Source: Candidatus Heimdallarchaeum endolithica
Lineage (GTDB): Archaea > Asgardarchaeota > Heimdallarchaeia > Heimdallarchaeales > Heimdallarchaeaceae
DNA length: 64,000 bases
Reading direction: 5' to 3'
Assembly (NCBI GenBank): GCA_021513715.1
Contig: CP084167.1
Location: 1,568,001 to 1,632,000, forward strand
Shown in pieces: positions 8,934-18,660 of the stretch. Below the pieces are notes generated by a model. It had not been told where the DNA came from. It saw only the letters and a program-made list of their open reading frames with translations, and ran no database searches. The position numbers and the translations under genes are program-made. Every line of letters begins with the position of its first letter. The first letter of the stretch is position 1.

Positions 8934-9782
8934 ATGAATAGTTTTCAGCTAAACGATGAAGAAAAAAAACAAATACTATCCAAATACGCAGAATTCTCAT
9001 CTTTACGAGGTGAACCTAATCAAGAATTAGACCAGTATTTTGTCACACAAGATACGAGTTTAAAGCGAGCCTTACTATTTCAACCAGAGGAATACGAAAA
9101 TAAGTGGATTATTTTTCTTGGTGACATGGACTTAGTAGGTTTTCATTTAGGATTATTAGCAAAACCTAAAGATTTAGCAGTACTTGACATTGATAAGAGA
9201 ATGCCAGAAATAGTTTTTTCAATGAAATTTAACTATAAAATCCGTTCAGCTCGCTATATTAACCATGATTTAAGAATAAGAATGTTAGCTGTACTAAAAA
9301 ACCAATATGATTTTATTTTTACTGAATCACCTATGACAATTGAAGGTAACGAAGTTTTTCTTTCTCGAGCTGTACAATGTGCAAAAAAAGATGGTGACAG
9401 TAGAATAATATTGTCAACAGATATTAAAGAAGAAAAAAAAGATGAGTTATACTCACTTTTCGATCAAATGAATCTTGAAGTTGAACAACATATTAAAGAT
9501 TTTAACAAATACTCTTTCAAAACAGTTTTAGGTAAAACTAATTCAGACTTGTTTATTCTTCGTGTTCTAGAAAATTCAAAAGAAAACATAGTTAATCATT
9601 ATTTAGGTCCGATGTTTTTTAGAGAAATAGAACAAAAAACAAAGCCCTATAGGTGCAAATGTGGAAATATTATAGAAATAGGAAAAGAAATGTCTTCAGT
9701 TGATGAACTATACGAAAAAGGTTGCCCTAAATGTGGTCATAAAGAAGTATTTGTGTATAACTCTTCAATAAAATTAGAGTAA
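8934..9782 (+). CDS. BpsA/DUF43-like (branched polyamine synthase family) protein with C-terminal Zn ribbon
   Basis: LDQYFVT, IFLGDMDL (family GDDDL), VLDIDKR; CKC...CPKC. Confidence 0.7.
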   Translation: MNSFQLNDEEKKQILSKYAEFSSLRGEPNQELDQYFVTQDTSLKRALLFQPEEYENKWIIFLGDMDLVGFHLGLLAKPKDLAVLDIDKRMPEIVFSMKFNYKIRSARYINHDLRIRMLAVLKNQYDFIFTESPMTIEGNEVFLSRAVQCAKKDGDSRIILSTDIKEEKKDELYSLFDQMNLEVEQHIKDFNKYSFKTVLGKTNSDLFILRVLENSKENIVNHYLGPMFFREIEQKTKPYRCKCGNIIEIGKEMSSVDELYEKGCPKCGHKEVFVYNSSIKLE

Positions 9783-9795
9783 ATTAGTGAGAAAT

Positions 9796-10140
9796 ATGAC
9801 GCAATTTCAAACTGAAACAAGGTGTGCAAACTGTGATAGACCAATAAAACTAACACCAGAAATTTTAGAGTCTGGTTGTCCAGATTGTGGTTCATTCAAA
9901 TTTATTACCAAAAGGATTTTAACAGATTTAGAGAAACAACAAAAAGAAGTAAAGGTCTTGATAGATAAAGAAATGAAAGAGGAAGATATTACAAAAGATA
10001 TATCCTCTATAAGATTAAGCACTGATGGGACATTTGAAATTGATTTAGAGAAACTGTTAGAAGAAGTAACAGAAGACAAACCAATAATAACAAGGAATAA
10101 AGACGGAACTTATCATGTCAAGTTCCCTGAAAAAAAATAA
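9796..10140 (+). CDS. oapC: OapC/DUF2072 Zn-ribbon protein
   Basis: CxxC...IL.SGCPxCGSxKF and SIRL...GTFEIDLEKL. Confidence 0.75.
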   Translation: MTQFQTETRCANCDRPIKLTPEILESGCPDCGSFKFITKRILTDLEKQQKEVKVLIDKEMKEEDITKDISSIRLSTDGTFEIDLEKLLEEVTEDKPIITRNKDGTYHVKFPEKK

Positions 10141-10224
10141 TTTGAATAAGCAAAATTTACTTTTAAATCACAACTTTTAAATCAAGACTAGAAGAACTAG
10201 AAATGAAATAGGAGTACAAAAAAA

Positions 10225-10890
10225 ATGGTCGCTAAAGATCAACTTGATAAGGAAGATAGAATAAAAAAGGGAGTAGAAGAGATTCTAAGTTTCAGAGGAT
10301 ACGAAATTAAAAAAGTTAACACAGATGATGATTATATTGATTTTTATGCTGAAAAAACTGATGAAGACGGAGAAGAAACGAATTTAATTGTCAGATTTCC
10401 TAGAAAAGCGAGCATAGGAGTAAAAACAATAAGAGAACTTGATCAATATAGAAAAGATGAAGACATTCAAGATGCAATAATTATAGCAGAAGGAGCTTTA
10501 ACTCATTATGCTAAAAGAGAATGTCTGGAACGAGGAGTTGAAATAATAAGCGGAACAAATCCCCTTTTCAACATCTTTGATCATATGATGGTTCCACTTC
10601 ATATAAAACTTGAAGACGATGAAGTAGAAGAAGTTTTGGAAAAGTATCAAATAAAGAAGCATCAACTACCAAAGATTCTAGATTCAGATCCTGCAATTAA
10701 GGCAATTCAAGCACAGCCAGGAGATATAATAAAGATAATAAGAAATCCAAATATGGGAGAATCAGGAGCCTATTATCGGTATGTTATCAGATCTACATCT
10801 AGATTAAGATTGGCAACAAAAACTCGACATCCATCTTTAGAAGAAGTTGTTGAAGATATTGATGAAGAAGAAACAGAAGAAGAACTTTAA
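10225..10890 (+). CDS. rpo5: RNA polymerase subunit Rpo5/RpoH with RPB5-like N-terminal domain and acidic tail
   Basis: C-terminal HMMVPLH...QLPKILDSDP...GDIIKIIR...YYRYV, plus about 115 aa of N-terminal extension. Confidence 0.9.
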   Translation: MVAKDQLDKEDRIKKGVEEILSFRGYEIKKVNTDDDYIDFYAEKTDEDGEETNLIVRFPRKASIGVKTIRELDQYRKDEDIQDAIIIAEGALTHYAKRECLERGVEIISGTNPLFNIFDHMMVPLHIKLEDDEVEEVLEKYQIKKHQLPKILDSDPAIKAIQAQPGDIIKIIRNPNMGESGAYYRYVIRSTSRLRLATKTRHPSLEEVVEDIDEEETEEEL

Positions 10891-10970
10891 AAATTTCTTT
10901 CCTAAAATAAAAAAAAGTTATGAGTAGTTTTTCTGAAAGATTTATTACATCCTTCTTTTCTTTTCATTTA

Positions 10971-11912
10971 ATGAAAAAAAAAGGTAAAATTATTTTTTTA
11001 GGTGGAGGTACAGGAACACCTAAGCTTATACAAGGGTTTAGGAGAATTATTAATGAAGAGGACATCACTGTAATTGCAAATACAGCAGATGATATAACCC
11101 TTTATGGCTTATATATATCTCCAGATGTAGACACATATCTTTACCTTTTTTCAAATTTACTTGACATCAAAAAATTCTGGGGAATAGATAGAGATTCTTT
11201 CTATACTCATTCGTTTCTCAAGAAATTTGATAAAAATGCTTGGTTCACTTTAGGAGATAAAGATTTAGCTATTCATCTTTTTAGATCACAAAAATTGCAA
11301 GAGGGAAAGAACCTCTCAGAAATAACAACTATCTTAGCCAACCGTTTGAGCATAAAAGCTAAAATTTTACCATGTACAGATAACCATATAGAAACAAGAA
11401 TCATTACAGAAGATGGAAATGACATTCATTTTCAAGAGTTTTGGGTACGCGAAAAAGCAAACCTATCTATTAAAGAAATATACGTTAAGGGAATAAAAAA
11501 TGCGATTATTCCTGATGATATTTTTAGAGAAATTGAAGAAGCTGAGAAAATTATTTTAGGTCCTAGTAATCCAATAACTAGTATTGGTCCTATCATTTCA
11601 ATAAAAAAAATAAGGCAGTTATTAAGGAAAAATAAAGAAAAATGCATAGCTATTAGTCCTATTGTCGGAGATAGAGCAATAAGTGGACCTACATGTCAAT
11701 TTCTCGCAACTAAAAACAAAAATTGCTCAATAGAAGATATAATTTCTCTTTATGAAGACTTTATTACATGCTTTGTTATTGATGAGTCAGACAAGAATAT
11801 AGAAGAACAAATTAAAAAAATCTATCCAAATTTAGATATTCAAAATGAAAATATAGTAATGAAAAACATTAATATCTCACAGAATTTAGCAAAAGCATTA
11901 CTAAAGGTGTAA
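10971..11912 (+). CDS. cofD: 2-phospho-L-lactate transferase (F420 biosynthesis)
   Basis: GGGTGTPK, ISPDVDT, LGDKDLA, HFQEFWV, GPSNPITSIGP. Confidence 0.92.
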   Translation: MKKKGKIIFLGGGTGTPKLIQGFRRIINEEDITVIANTADDITLYGLYISPDVDTYLYLFSNLLDIKKFWGIDRDSFYTHSFLKKFDKNAWFTLGDKDLAIHLFRSQKLQEGKNLSEITTILANRLSIKAKILPCTDNHIETRIITEDGNDIHFQEFWVREKANLSIKEIYVKGIKNAIIPDDIFREIEEAEKIILGPSNPITSIGPIISIKKIRQLLRKNKEKCIAISPIVGDRAISGPTCQFLATKNKNCSIEDIISLYEDFITCFVIDESDKNIEEQIKKIYPNLDIQNENIVMKNINISQNLAKALLKV

Positions 11913-11914
11913 AA

Positions 11915-12703
11915 ATGGAAATTTCTCCGCCTATTATTCAATCTGCATTAGCAGGATATACAACACCATCATTCATTCAATCAATATTAGATAATGGTGC
12001 AGGTATAGCTACATTTGGAGGTTATTCCTTAGATAAATTAACAAATGAGGGAACAATTGAAATAATTAAGAGAAATAGAAAAGAGATTTTACTTCCACTA
12101 GATGAAACTGAATTTCAAAAGTGGTGTCATCTAAATTTAAATGTAAAAAAAAGTTCAGATAAACAACAAATAGCAATTAATTTAAGAATATCTAAAATAG
12201 ACCAAGAAGCATTAAGAAAAATAAATTTTTTGTCAAAGTTTATTGATATTATAGAATTAAATGCTCATTGTAGACAGAAAGAAATAGTAGAAAGGAGAGG
12301 AGGAGAGTATTTACTCAAAGATATTAATCGTTTGGACTATATATTGAAAAAAATCAGAAAAGCTTCACTGAAAGAAAAGAAGATTGGGATAAAAATCAGA
12401 GGTTATATTGTAAAAGACAAACATAAACTAGTGAATGTTCTTGAGTCAAGATCTGTTGACTATTTACATGTTGACTGTATGGAACCAGGAAAACCTTATG
12501 CAAACTTAAAAATACTAACATCTTTTTCTGAATTAACAGATATTACACTGATAGGAAATAACTCTGTTAGAAATGTAAAAGATGTTCAACAAATGATTGA
12601 TGCTGGAGCTTCTGCTGTTTCAATCGCAAGACCTTTAATTGCTAACCCTAGTTCAATCAAAAGGTTAATATCAGAATGCAAAACTAAAGGAATTCTAAAA
12701 TGA
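11915..12703 (+). CDS. Dus-like flavin TIM-barrel protein (MJ0144-like)
   Basis: SALAG, ELNAHCRQ, LHVDCM, IGNNSV, VSIAR. Confidence 0.8.
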   Translation: MEISPPIIQSALAGYTTPSFIQSILDNGAGIATFGGYSLDKLTNEGTIEIIKRNRKEILLPLDETEFQKWCHLNLNVKKSSDKQQIAINLRISKIDQEALRKINFLSKFIDIIELNAHCRQKEIVERRGGEYLLKDINRLDYILKKIRKASLKEKKIGIKIRGYIVKDKHKLVNVLESRSVDYLHVDCMEPGKPYANLKILTSFSELTDITLIGNNSVRNVKDVQQMIDAGASAVSIARPLIANPSSIKRLISECKTKGILK

Positions 12704-13305
12704 CCAAGACAGCCTTTCTCATTCCATATAAAGGAACAAATAAAGCAAAAACCAGATTAAGAAGAAAGCTTAATGGAGAAGTCGTAGATAAACTCCTTTT
12801 TCGTCTCTTCGGAGCAGTAATTCAGGAATTATCAGAAATAAAAATAGAAAAGTCTATTTACATCTTAACAAAAAACTCTAATCTTCGCCTTAATGACAAT
12901 TGTATAAAGATAATCGATAAAAAAGATAACTTTAATGAAGCCATTGTTGAAGCTGTTAAAGATCTAAGTGAAGAAAATATCATAATTATTATGGCTGATC
13001 TATACAAAATTAGGAAAAGAGAGATTAGACGAATTATTAAGTTAAGGAAAAAGTATTCTGTAGTTATTGCGCCCTCAGAAAATGATGGAACTAGTATTTT
13101 TGCATTTTCTAAAAAATTACTTTCTGAAATAGAATTCTGCTTTGGAAATAATTCTTCATTAATATTTGAAAAACAATTTAAGCAAAAAGGAATAAATTAT
13201 TTTAAATTACGTTATAAGAATGTTTTTAAGGATATAGATAACCTTGAAGATATTCTTAGTATAAAAAATTTAGCAAAAGAATTAAATTTATTCAATAAAA
13301 ATTAG
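12700..13305 (+). CDS. cofC: 2-phospho-L-lactate/PEP guanylyltransferase
   Basis: IPYK...AKTRL, MADL, APSENDGT, DIDNLED; clustered with cofD. Confidence 0.75.
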   Translation: MTKTAFLIPYKGTNKAKTRLRRKLNGEVVDKLLFRLFGAVIQELSEIKIEKSIYILTKNSNLRLNDNCIKIIDKKDNFNEAIVEAVKDLSEENIIIIMADLYKIRKREIRRIIKLRKKYSVVIAPSENDGTSIFAFSKKLLSEIEFCFGNNSSLIFEKQFKQKGINYFKLRYKNVFKDIDNLEDILSIKNLAKELNLFNKN

Positions 13306-13314
13306 GGATAAAAG

Positions 13315-14460
13315 ATGAAAGAAAAAATAGAAAGAGTACAACAAGTTCTAAAAGAACATAAAATAAATAGTTGGATTGTATTTTGCCATCATAGTTACGA
13401 TATCCACAGTAAGTATTTATTGGAAAAAAACATTACATCAGCCACTTTTATTATGATTAAGCAAGAAAATAAACCCATTGTAATCACCTCTCGAATGGAA
13501 TCTATGATGATTGATAATGATGTATATGATGTTATAGCCTATAAAACACGTAGTGAATTAATAGAATTATTAAAAAATTCCTTATCTGGTCTTGAAAATG
13601 GGAAAAAGATAGCTATAAATTATGTGCCAAAGGATAATTTATTTGATAATTTTTCTATGGATATTCTTCCTGCAGGAACATTTGAATTCCTAACTTCACT
13701 GAATAATAATATAAATTGGGTTTCAGCAAAAGATATCATTAGAGATGTCCGCAGTGTCAAAACAAAAAAAGAAATTGAAAATCATAGAATTGCTGCTAAA
13801 CTAGCTGAAGAGTTAATGGAAAAAGTTGTGGAACAGAAAATTAAACCTGGAATGACTGAAAAAGAAATTAAAGCGCTTATTGAATACGAATGCAATAAGC
13901 GAGGAGGAATAGCCTTTGAAGCAATTGTAGCTTCTGGTGAAAATTCTGCTATCCCTCACCATCATGCCTCTAAAACTAAAATTAAAGAGAACCAAGTTTT
14001 ATTAATAGACTATGGGGTTTCTTATAATTGGTCAAACAGCGACATAACAAGAACTTATTGGATAGGAAAAAATCCTCCAGAAGAAGTCTTAAGAGTGTAT
14101 GAAGCAGTAGATGCAGCAAAAGAAGCTGCCTACAAACATATTAAGGCAGGAGTTTTCGCTTCAGAAGTTGAAAACGCTGTAAGAGAAACAATGAAAGAAT
14201 TTGGTTATGATCCTGAAAAGTATTTTATTCACTCTACAGGCCATCCTTTAGGTATAGAAACACATGATGTAGGAGTTGGGATATACAAAGCTTCAGAAAC
14301 AGTAGCTGATAAGCGCTTAATAGAAAATTCTGTTGTAACTGTCGAACCTGGTTTGTATTTTGAAGGAAAATTTGGTGTCAGACTAGAAGACGATTGTGTT
14401 GTCACAAAAGATGGTAGCATAAGATTATCAAATACTCCAAAAAAGATTATTACCATCTAA
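13315..14460 (+). CDS. Xaa-Pro peptidase, M24 family
   Basis: PHH, IDYG, SDITRT, HSTGHPLG..THD, TVEPG, GVRLEDD. Confidence 0.92.
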   Translation: MKEKIERVQQVLKEHKINSWIVFCHHSYDIHSKYLLEKNITSATFIMIKQENKPIVITSRMESMMIDNDVYDVIAYKTRSELIELLKNSLSGLENGKKIAINYVPKDNLFDNFSMDILPAGTFEFLTSLNNNINWVSAKDIIRDVRSVKTKKEIENHRIAAKLAEELMEKVVEQKIKPGMTEKEIKALIEYECNKRGGIAFEAIVASGENSAIPHHHASKTKIKENQVLLIDYGVSYNWSNSDITRTYWIGKNPPEEVLRVYEAVDAAKEAAYKHIKAGVFASEVENAVRETMKEFGYDPEKYFIHSTGHPLGIETHDVGVGIYKASETVADKRLIENSVVTVEPGLYFEGKFGVRLEDDCVVTKDGSIRLSNTPKKIITI

Positions 14461-14562
14461 CATCTTTTTTTTATTTTTTAATAATGTAATACCCGCGTGT
14501 TTTTAGGATATTATTTTCTTTTAAGGTTCAATTTACAGTTTCTTATTTTAAGGTGAAACAGT

Positions 14563-15177
14563 TTGTCTTGGAAAACTTGGTTAAAAAGTAAACCCAAACA
14601 TGTTAGACTTGGATTTTATGGGGAAGTAAATGCTGGAAAGACAACGTTGGCAAATGTTATGGGGATAGATTGGGCAGGACAAGAAGTGGGAAAAGTTTCT
14701 GAAATCCCTCACGAAACTAGAGAAATTGCAAAGCTAGAAAAAGTGAATTTTAATGTAGATGGAACAAATATAGATTTAACTTTGATAGATATGCCTGGTA
14801 TAGCTACAACAGTTGACCCAAAATCATTTGTTAATTATGGACTAAGCGCTGGAGAAGCTATGCAAAGAGCTAAAGAAGCAACAAGAGGAATAGTAGAAGC
14901 TATCAAGTATTTAGAGCAAGTAGATGTTGCACTTGTAGTTTTAGATTCTACAAAAACACCATTTGATCAAGTTAATTTTACTATTCTTGGAAACTTAGAG
15001 CATCAAAAGAAGCCATTTATTATTGTTCCAAACAAAATAGATTGCCCTGAATCAGATGTAAAAACAGTACAAGAAGCCTTTGGTGATTATGAAGTTGTAC
15101 CTATCTCTGCCTTGAAAAAGGAAGGTATTGACAAACTCTATGATAGCATTGCAAAGTTAGCTAAAAAGGTGAAATAA
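14563..15177 (+). CDS. oapA: OapA Era-like small GTPase
   Basis: GEVNAGKTT, SEIPHETR, DMPG, RAKEATRG, NKID, ISAL. Confidence 0.88.
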   Translation: MSWKTWLKSKPKHVRLGFYGEVNAGKTTLANVMGIDWAGQEVGKVSEIPHETREIAKLEKVNFNVDGTNIDLTLIDMPGIATTVDPKSFVNYGLSAGEAMQRAKEATRGIVEAIKYLEQVDVALVVLDSTKTPFDQVNFTILGNLEHQKKPFIIVPNKIDCPESDVKTVQEAFGDYEVVPISALKKEGIDKLYDSIAKLAKKVK

Positions 15178-15178
15178 A

Positions 15179-15532
15179 ATGTCTTACAGTGTAGATTTTA
15201 TTCCAGAGTATGAAACAGGTAAGTTTTCATTAGTTGAAAAAACTAGATATATTCTCTCTCAAGTCATGCGAAATAAAATTCTTATTTTAGAAAATGCACT
15301 AAGTCCTGAAGAAGAATTGTACTTAATCGAGAAAACTATGAATAAGATAGACTATAGAAACTTCGTTGGAATCAAACTTTTTTCATTTGATTCAGGAGAA
15401 GACAACAGATTTTCAAAAATATTCGGTAAGTCATCTAAAAAACGTTCTACTTACACTATTGTGGCTCCAAATGATGCAGTCTCTGTAGTAAAAGATGAAA
15501 GAGGGATACTATCAATTAGAATCAATGTTTAG
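15179..15532 (+). CDS. oapB: OapB/DUF2073 protein
   Basis: Directly after oapA; ILILENALSPEEE..LIEKTM..ID...F.GI. Confidence 0.82.
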   Translation: MSYSVDFIPEYETGKFSLVEKTRYILSQVMRNKILILENALSPEEELYLIEKTMNKIDYRNFVGIKLFSFDSGEDNRFSKIFGKSSKKRSTYTIVAPNDAVSVVKDERGILSIRINV

Positions 15533-16027
15533 TAACGATTCTATTTTTTCTTTCATTTTTTTATAGGATTCTTCAATATCCCCATCGGTATTAATTACAG
15601 TTACTTTTTCTGGAGAGTATAAATCTAACATATCAGTTAAAACTACTTCCATAATTTCTGCTTCTACGTTTTCATCTATTTTTCTTTGTTTATAGTCCCT
15701 TTCTTTTAAGCGTAAAATTAGATTTTTAATTGAACACCGTAAAACAAAACAATGAAAAAGAAAATCTTTTGGTATTTCGACCAAATGACTGTCTAACACT
15801 AATGGAAATTTATTTTTATTAGCTTCTATTAGCTTTATGAGTTCTTTTTCCAATTTCTCTTCATCAACAATTAAAGTATCTAGTTTTTTGTCATAAGTTT
15901 CGTACAATTCTTTTTCGCGAACTAGATTTGTAATATTAACAACAAGATAACCATCACCTTCTAGTTTTTTTGCTAGAGTTGTTTTTCCTGTCCCAGGAGT
16001 ACCAGTGATAATTATTGCTTTTTTCAA
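15512..16027 (-). CDS. Adenylate kinase, AK6/Fap7 family
   Basis: ITGTPGTGKTT, LDSHL, RL..R.Y...KI.ENVEAE. Confidence 0.9.
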   Translation of the reverse strand: MKKAIIITGTPGTGKTTLAKKLEGDGYLVVNITNLVREKELYETYDKKLDTLIVDEEKLEKELIKLIEANKNKFPLVLDSHLVEIPKDFLFHCFVLRCSIKNLILRLKERDYKQRKIDENVEAEIMEVVLTDMLDLYSPEKVTVINTDGDIEESYKKMKEKIESLLNIDSN

Positions 16028-16036
16028 TTTTCTCGC

Positions 16037-16744
16037 CTACTTTAGCATCTCTTCTGATATTTTTGATTCTTTTTTGAGAGCTCTTAATAGTTTTATCTTT
16101 TCAAGCTCACCAGTTCTGAATTTTTTAATGTTATCAACTTGTCTTGTCATCATAAGAAACGCAATTCCATACAATATCAGAGCTATTTCCAACCTACTCA
16201 TAGAAATCCAGGGCATCAACCATATTTCTGGTAGAAATAGTGCAAAGGTTGCAACTAATAATGTAGTAGCTATATAAGTAAGCGCAGCATAACCTACAAA
16301 TATAATAACTATTGGCCATAAAATCAACCATACAGCGATCAATGCAGGGTTTACCAATATCATTGTTCCAACAATAACTGTAATTCCTCTTCCCCCATGA
16401 GAACCGAGAAATAGTGGCCAATTATGACCTACAACTGCAGCTATACCTGCAACAGTAAGAAGAAATTTACCATCAGTTAATCCAACAAAGCTAACAGGAT
16501 GCTTTATTAAGATATAAGGGATGAAAATAGCTAGAAAGGAACGAGAAACATCCAAAAGACCAGCGAATAAAGCCCATTTTAATGAGCCTGTAGCACGGTA
16601 TACATTTCTCCCACCTACATTTTTTGAACCAATATTACGTAAATCCTTACCAGTTTTTAGTTTTACAATAATCCAGCTAAATGGAATAGAGCCAACAATA
16701 TAGGCTATAAAAAAAACAAATACATAATCAACTAGATACCCCAT
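16037..16744 (-). CDS. plsY: Glycerol-3-phosphate acyltransferase PlsY
   Basis: GSIPF, DLR.IGSKNVGGRN..R, GHNWP, GGRG, NIKK..TG. Confidence 0.88.
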   Translation of the reverse strand: MGYLVDYVFVFFIAYIVGSIPFSWIIVKLKTGKDLRNIGSKNVGGRNVYRATGSLKWALFAGLLDVSRSFLAIFIPYILIKHPVSFVGLTDGKFLLTVAGIAAVVGHNWPLFLGSHGGRGITVIVGTMILVNPALIAVWLILWPIVIIFVGYAALTYIATTLLVATFALFLPEIWLMPWISMSRLEIALILYGIAFLMMTRQVDNIKKFRTGELEKIKLLRALKKESKISEEMLK

Positions 16745-16839
16745 AATATTTTGTTTGATTTTAAATACTTAAGGTTGTTTATTCTCAAAAGCAATCAAAT
16801 TTTTAAATTAAAGTTTTTTTATCATTCTTGTTGATTTTA

Positions 16840-18225
16840 ATGAACATCCAAGAGCACATTTTCAGAGCTTATGATATCAGAGGTTTGTTTAACAAAGATC
16901 TCACTTCAGGAGTGATGTATAAGATTGGATTAGCTGCAGGAACATATACTAAAAAGATCCTTAAAAAGCAAGAAATTACCGTAGGTAACGATATCAGGTA
17001 TTCTAGTATTCCATTAGCTTTCGCTTTTATTTCAGGAGTTTTATCTTCTGGAGTAGATGTGGTATATGTTGGAACTACTGCTTTCGGACAAACTTTATTT
17101 AAAGGATGGGAAAAGAAAAAAGGGCCCATTGCTTTTATCACTGCGAGTCATCTTCCTCCAGAATGGAATGGAATCAAGTTTTACTATTCTGATGGAGTTG
17201 GATTTCCAGAAGGAGAACTAAAAAAAATAAGAAACTTTTGCTTAAATAACAATGTTGAACTTGCAAATTGGGACCAAATTGGTAAGCTCTCTCAAGAGGA
17301 TGCTAAAGAAAACTACTTAGAATTTTTCAAAAAGAAATTCAAATTTGAAAATAAATTAAAAGTTGCAGTAGATTGTGGAGGAGCTAGTACAACCCTTTCT
17401 GCTCCTGAAATTTTTCAATCAATTGGAATTGAGTTTGTTCCAGTTTTTTGTAAAACAGACCCTAGTTTTTCAGCTAGACCTTCAGACCCTAAACCAAAGA
17501 ATCTTGTTGAATTGAAAAAAACTGTTATAGAACAAAATTGCAATTTTGGAGTTGCATTTGATGGTGATGGTGACAGAGCTGTAATTGTTGATAACAAGGG
17601 GAATGTTCTATCTGCAGATCAAACAGGTATAATAATCGCAAAATACGGGTTAAAGGAAAAAAGAGGTACAATAATCGCAAATGTGGAATGTTCAAAGGCA
17701 GTAGATGAACAATTAACACCTCTTGGATACAAAATAAAAAGAATACCAGTAGGACATACTTTTCTAACTCTAGAAGCTAAAAAAGAAAATTCACCATTAG
17801 GAATAGAATCATCTGGACACTTAATATTACCTGAATACTTCCTATTTGATGATGCTCTAGTAATTCCTCTAAAAGTAGCTGAAATACTCACAAAATCCGA
17901 TAGGAGCTTAAATAAACTTGTTAAAGAAATTCCTATTTACCCCATTCAGAAGGAAGAAGTGGAGTGTGAAGACAAAATTAAGTTCGAAATAGTGAAACTT
18001 TTAGCAGATGAAGTTAAGAACGATTTCTCAAATGTATCAACTTTAGATGGGGTTAGAATAGAATTAAAAAATGGTTGGGTTCTTATAAGACCTTCTAACA
18101 CTAGTCCTTTAATTAGATTAACCGCTGAAGCTGATACTGAAAACATTTTAAATGAAATTATAATTACTTTTAAAGAAAAATTAGAAAAAACAATTGAAAA
18201 CTATAAAAAGATGGTGAAGATTTGA
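16840..18225 (+). CDS. Phosphomannomutase/phosphoglucomutase
   Basis: IFRAYDIRG, TASHLP, FDGDGDR, ESSGH, RPSNTSP. Confidence 0.93.
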   Translation: MNIQEHIFRAYDIRGLFNKDLTSGVMYKIGLAAGTYTKKILKKQEITVGNDIRYSSIPLAFAFISGVLSSGVDVVYVGTTAFGQTLFKGWEKKKGPIAFITASHLPPEWNGIKFYYSDGVGFPEGELKKIRNFCLNNNVELANWDQIGKLSQEDAKENYLEFFKKKFKFENKLKVAVDCGGASTTLSAPEIFQSIGIEFVPVFCKTDPSFSARPSDPKPKNLVELKKTVIEQNCNFGVAFDGDGDRAVIVDNKGNVLSADQTGIIIAKYGLKEKRGTIIANVECSKAVDEQLTPLGYKIKRIPVGHTFLTLEAKKENSPLGIESSGHLILPEYFLFDDALVIPLKVAEILTKSDRSLNKLVKEIPIYPIQKEEVECEDKIKFEIVKLLADEVKNDFSNVSTLDGVRIELKNGWVLIRPSNTSPLIRLTAEADTENILNEIIITFKEKLEKTIENYKKMVKI

Positions 18226-18635
18226 AAAACACCAACTCTTTTTTTTATTGTAAATATGCTTCTCAATGTTTTGAATGCTGTAAAGAGACAGAAATGGTTC
18301 TTTCAAATGCAGATATTCTAAGAATAGAAAAACTAGGTTATAAAATACAAGATTTTGCTTTTTACGAGGATGGTTTTTTTATATTAAAGAACATAAATGG
18401 ACATTGTGTTTTCCTAGTAAATGGTAAATGTTCTATTTATGAAAATAGGCCAGAAGGTTGTAAGTATTATCCATTAATATTTGATGTTGAGAACAATTCA
18501 GTTGTTATCGATAAAGATTGTCCAAAAAGAGATAAATTTAATTTGAATAACTATGAATACCTTAAAAGTCATGTTTTACATTTTGTTTTTCGATTATTTA
18601 AGGAAAAAGAAGAAAGAAAAAAAAATAAGAAATAA
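18222..18635 (+). CDS. YkgJ family cysteine-cluster protein
   Basis: C..CC, CVFL...CSIYENRPEGC..YP. Confidence 0.85.
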   Translation: MKNTNSFFYCKYASQCFECCKETEMVLSNADILRIEKLGYKIQDFAFYEDGFFILKNINGHCVFLVNGKCSIYENRPEGCKYYPLIFDVENNSVVIDKDCPKRDKFNLNNYEYLKSHVLHFVFRLFKEKEERKKNKK

Positions 18636-18660
18636 AAAGAGAGTATAGTTTATTTAGTCA

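Noticed and set aside
14461-14562. Replication origin beside oapA
   Set aside because: Short spacer with no ORB-like repeats and no cdc6/orc1 nearby.
16615-16622. Other TTACGTAA octamers (here, about 34499 and about 48548)
   Set aside because: They sit inside intact coding sequence with no CAT/ATG core 11 nt away.
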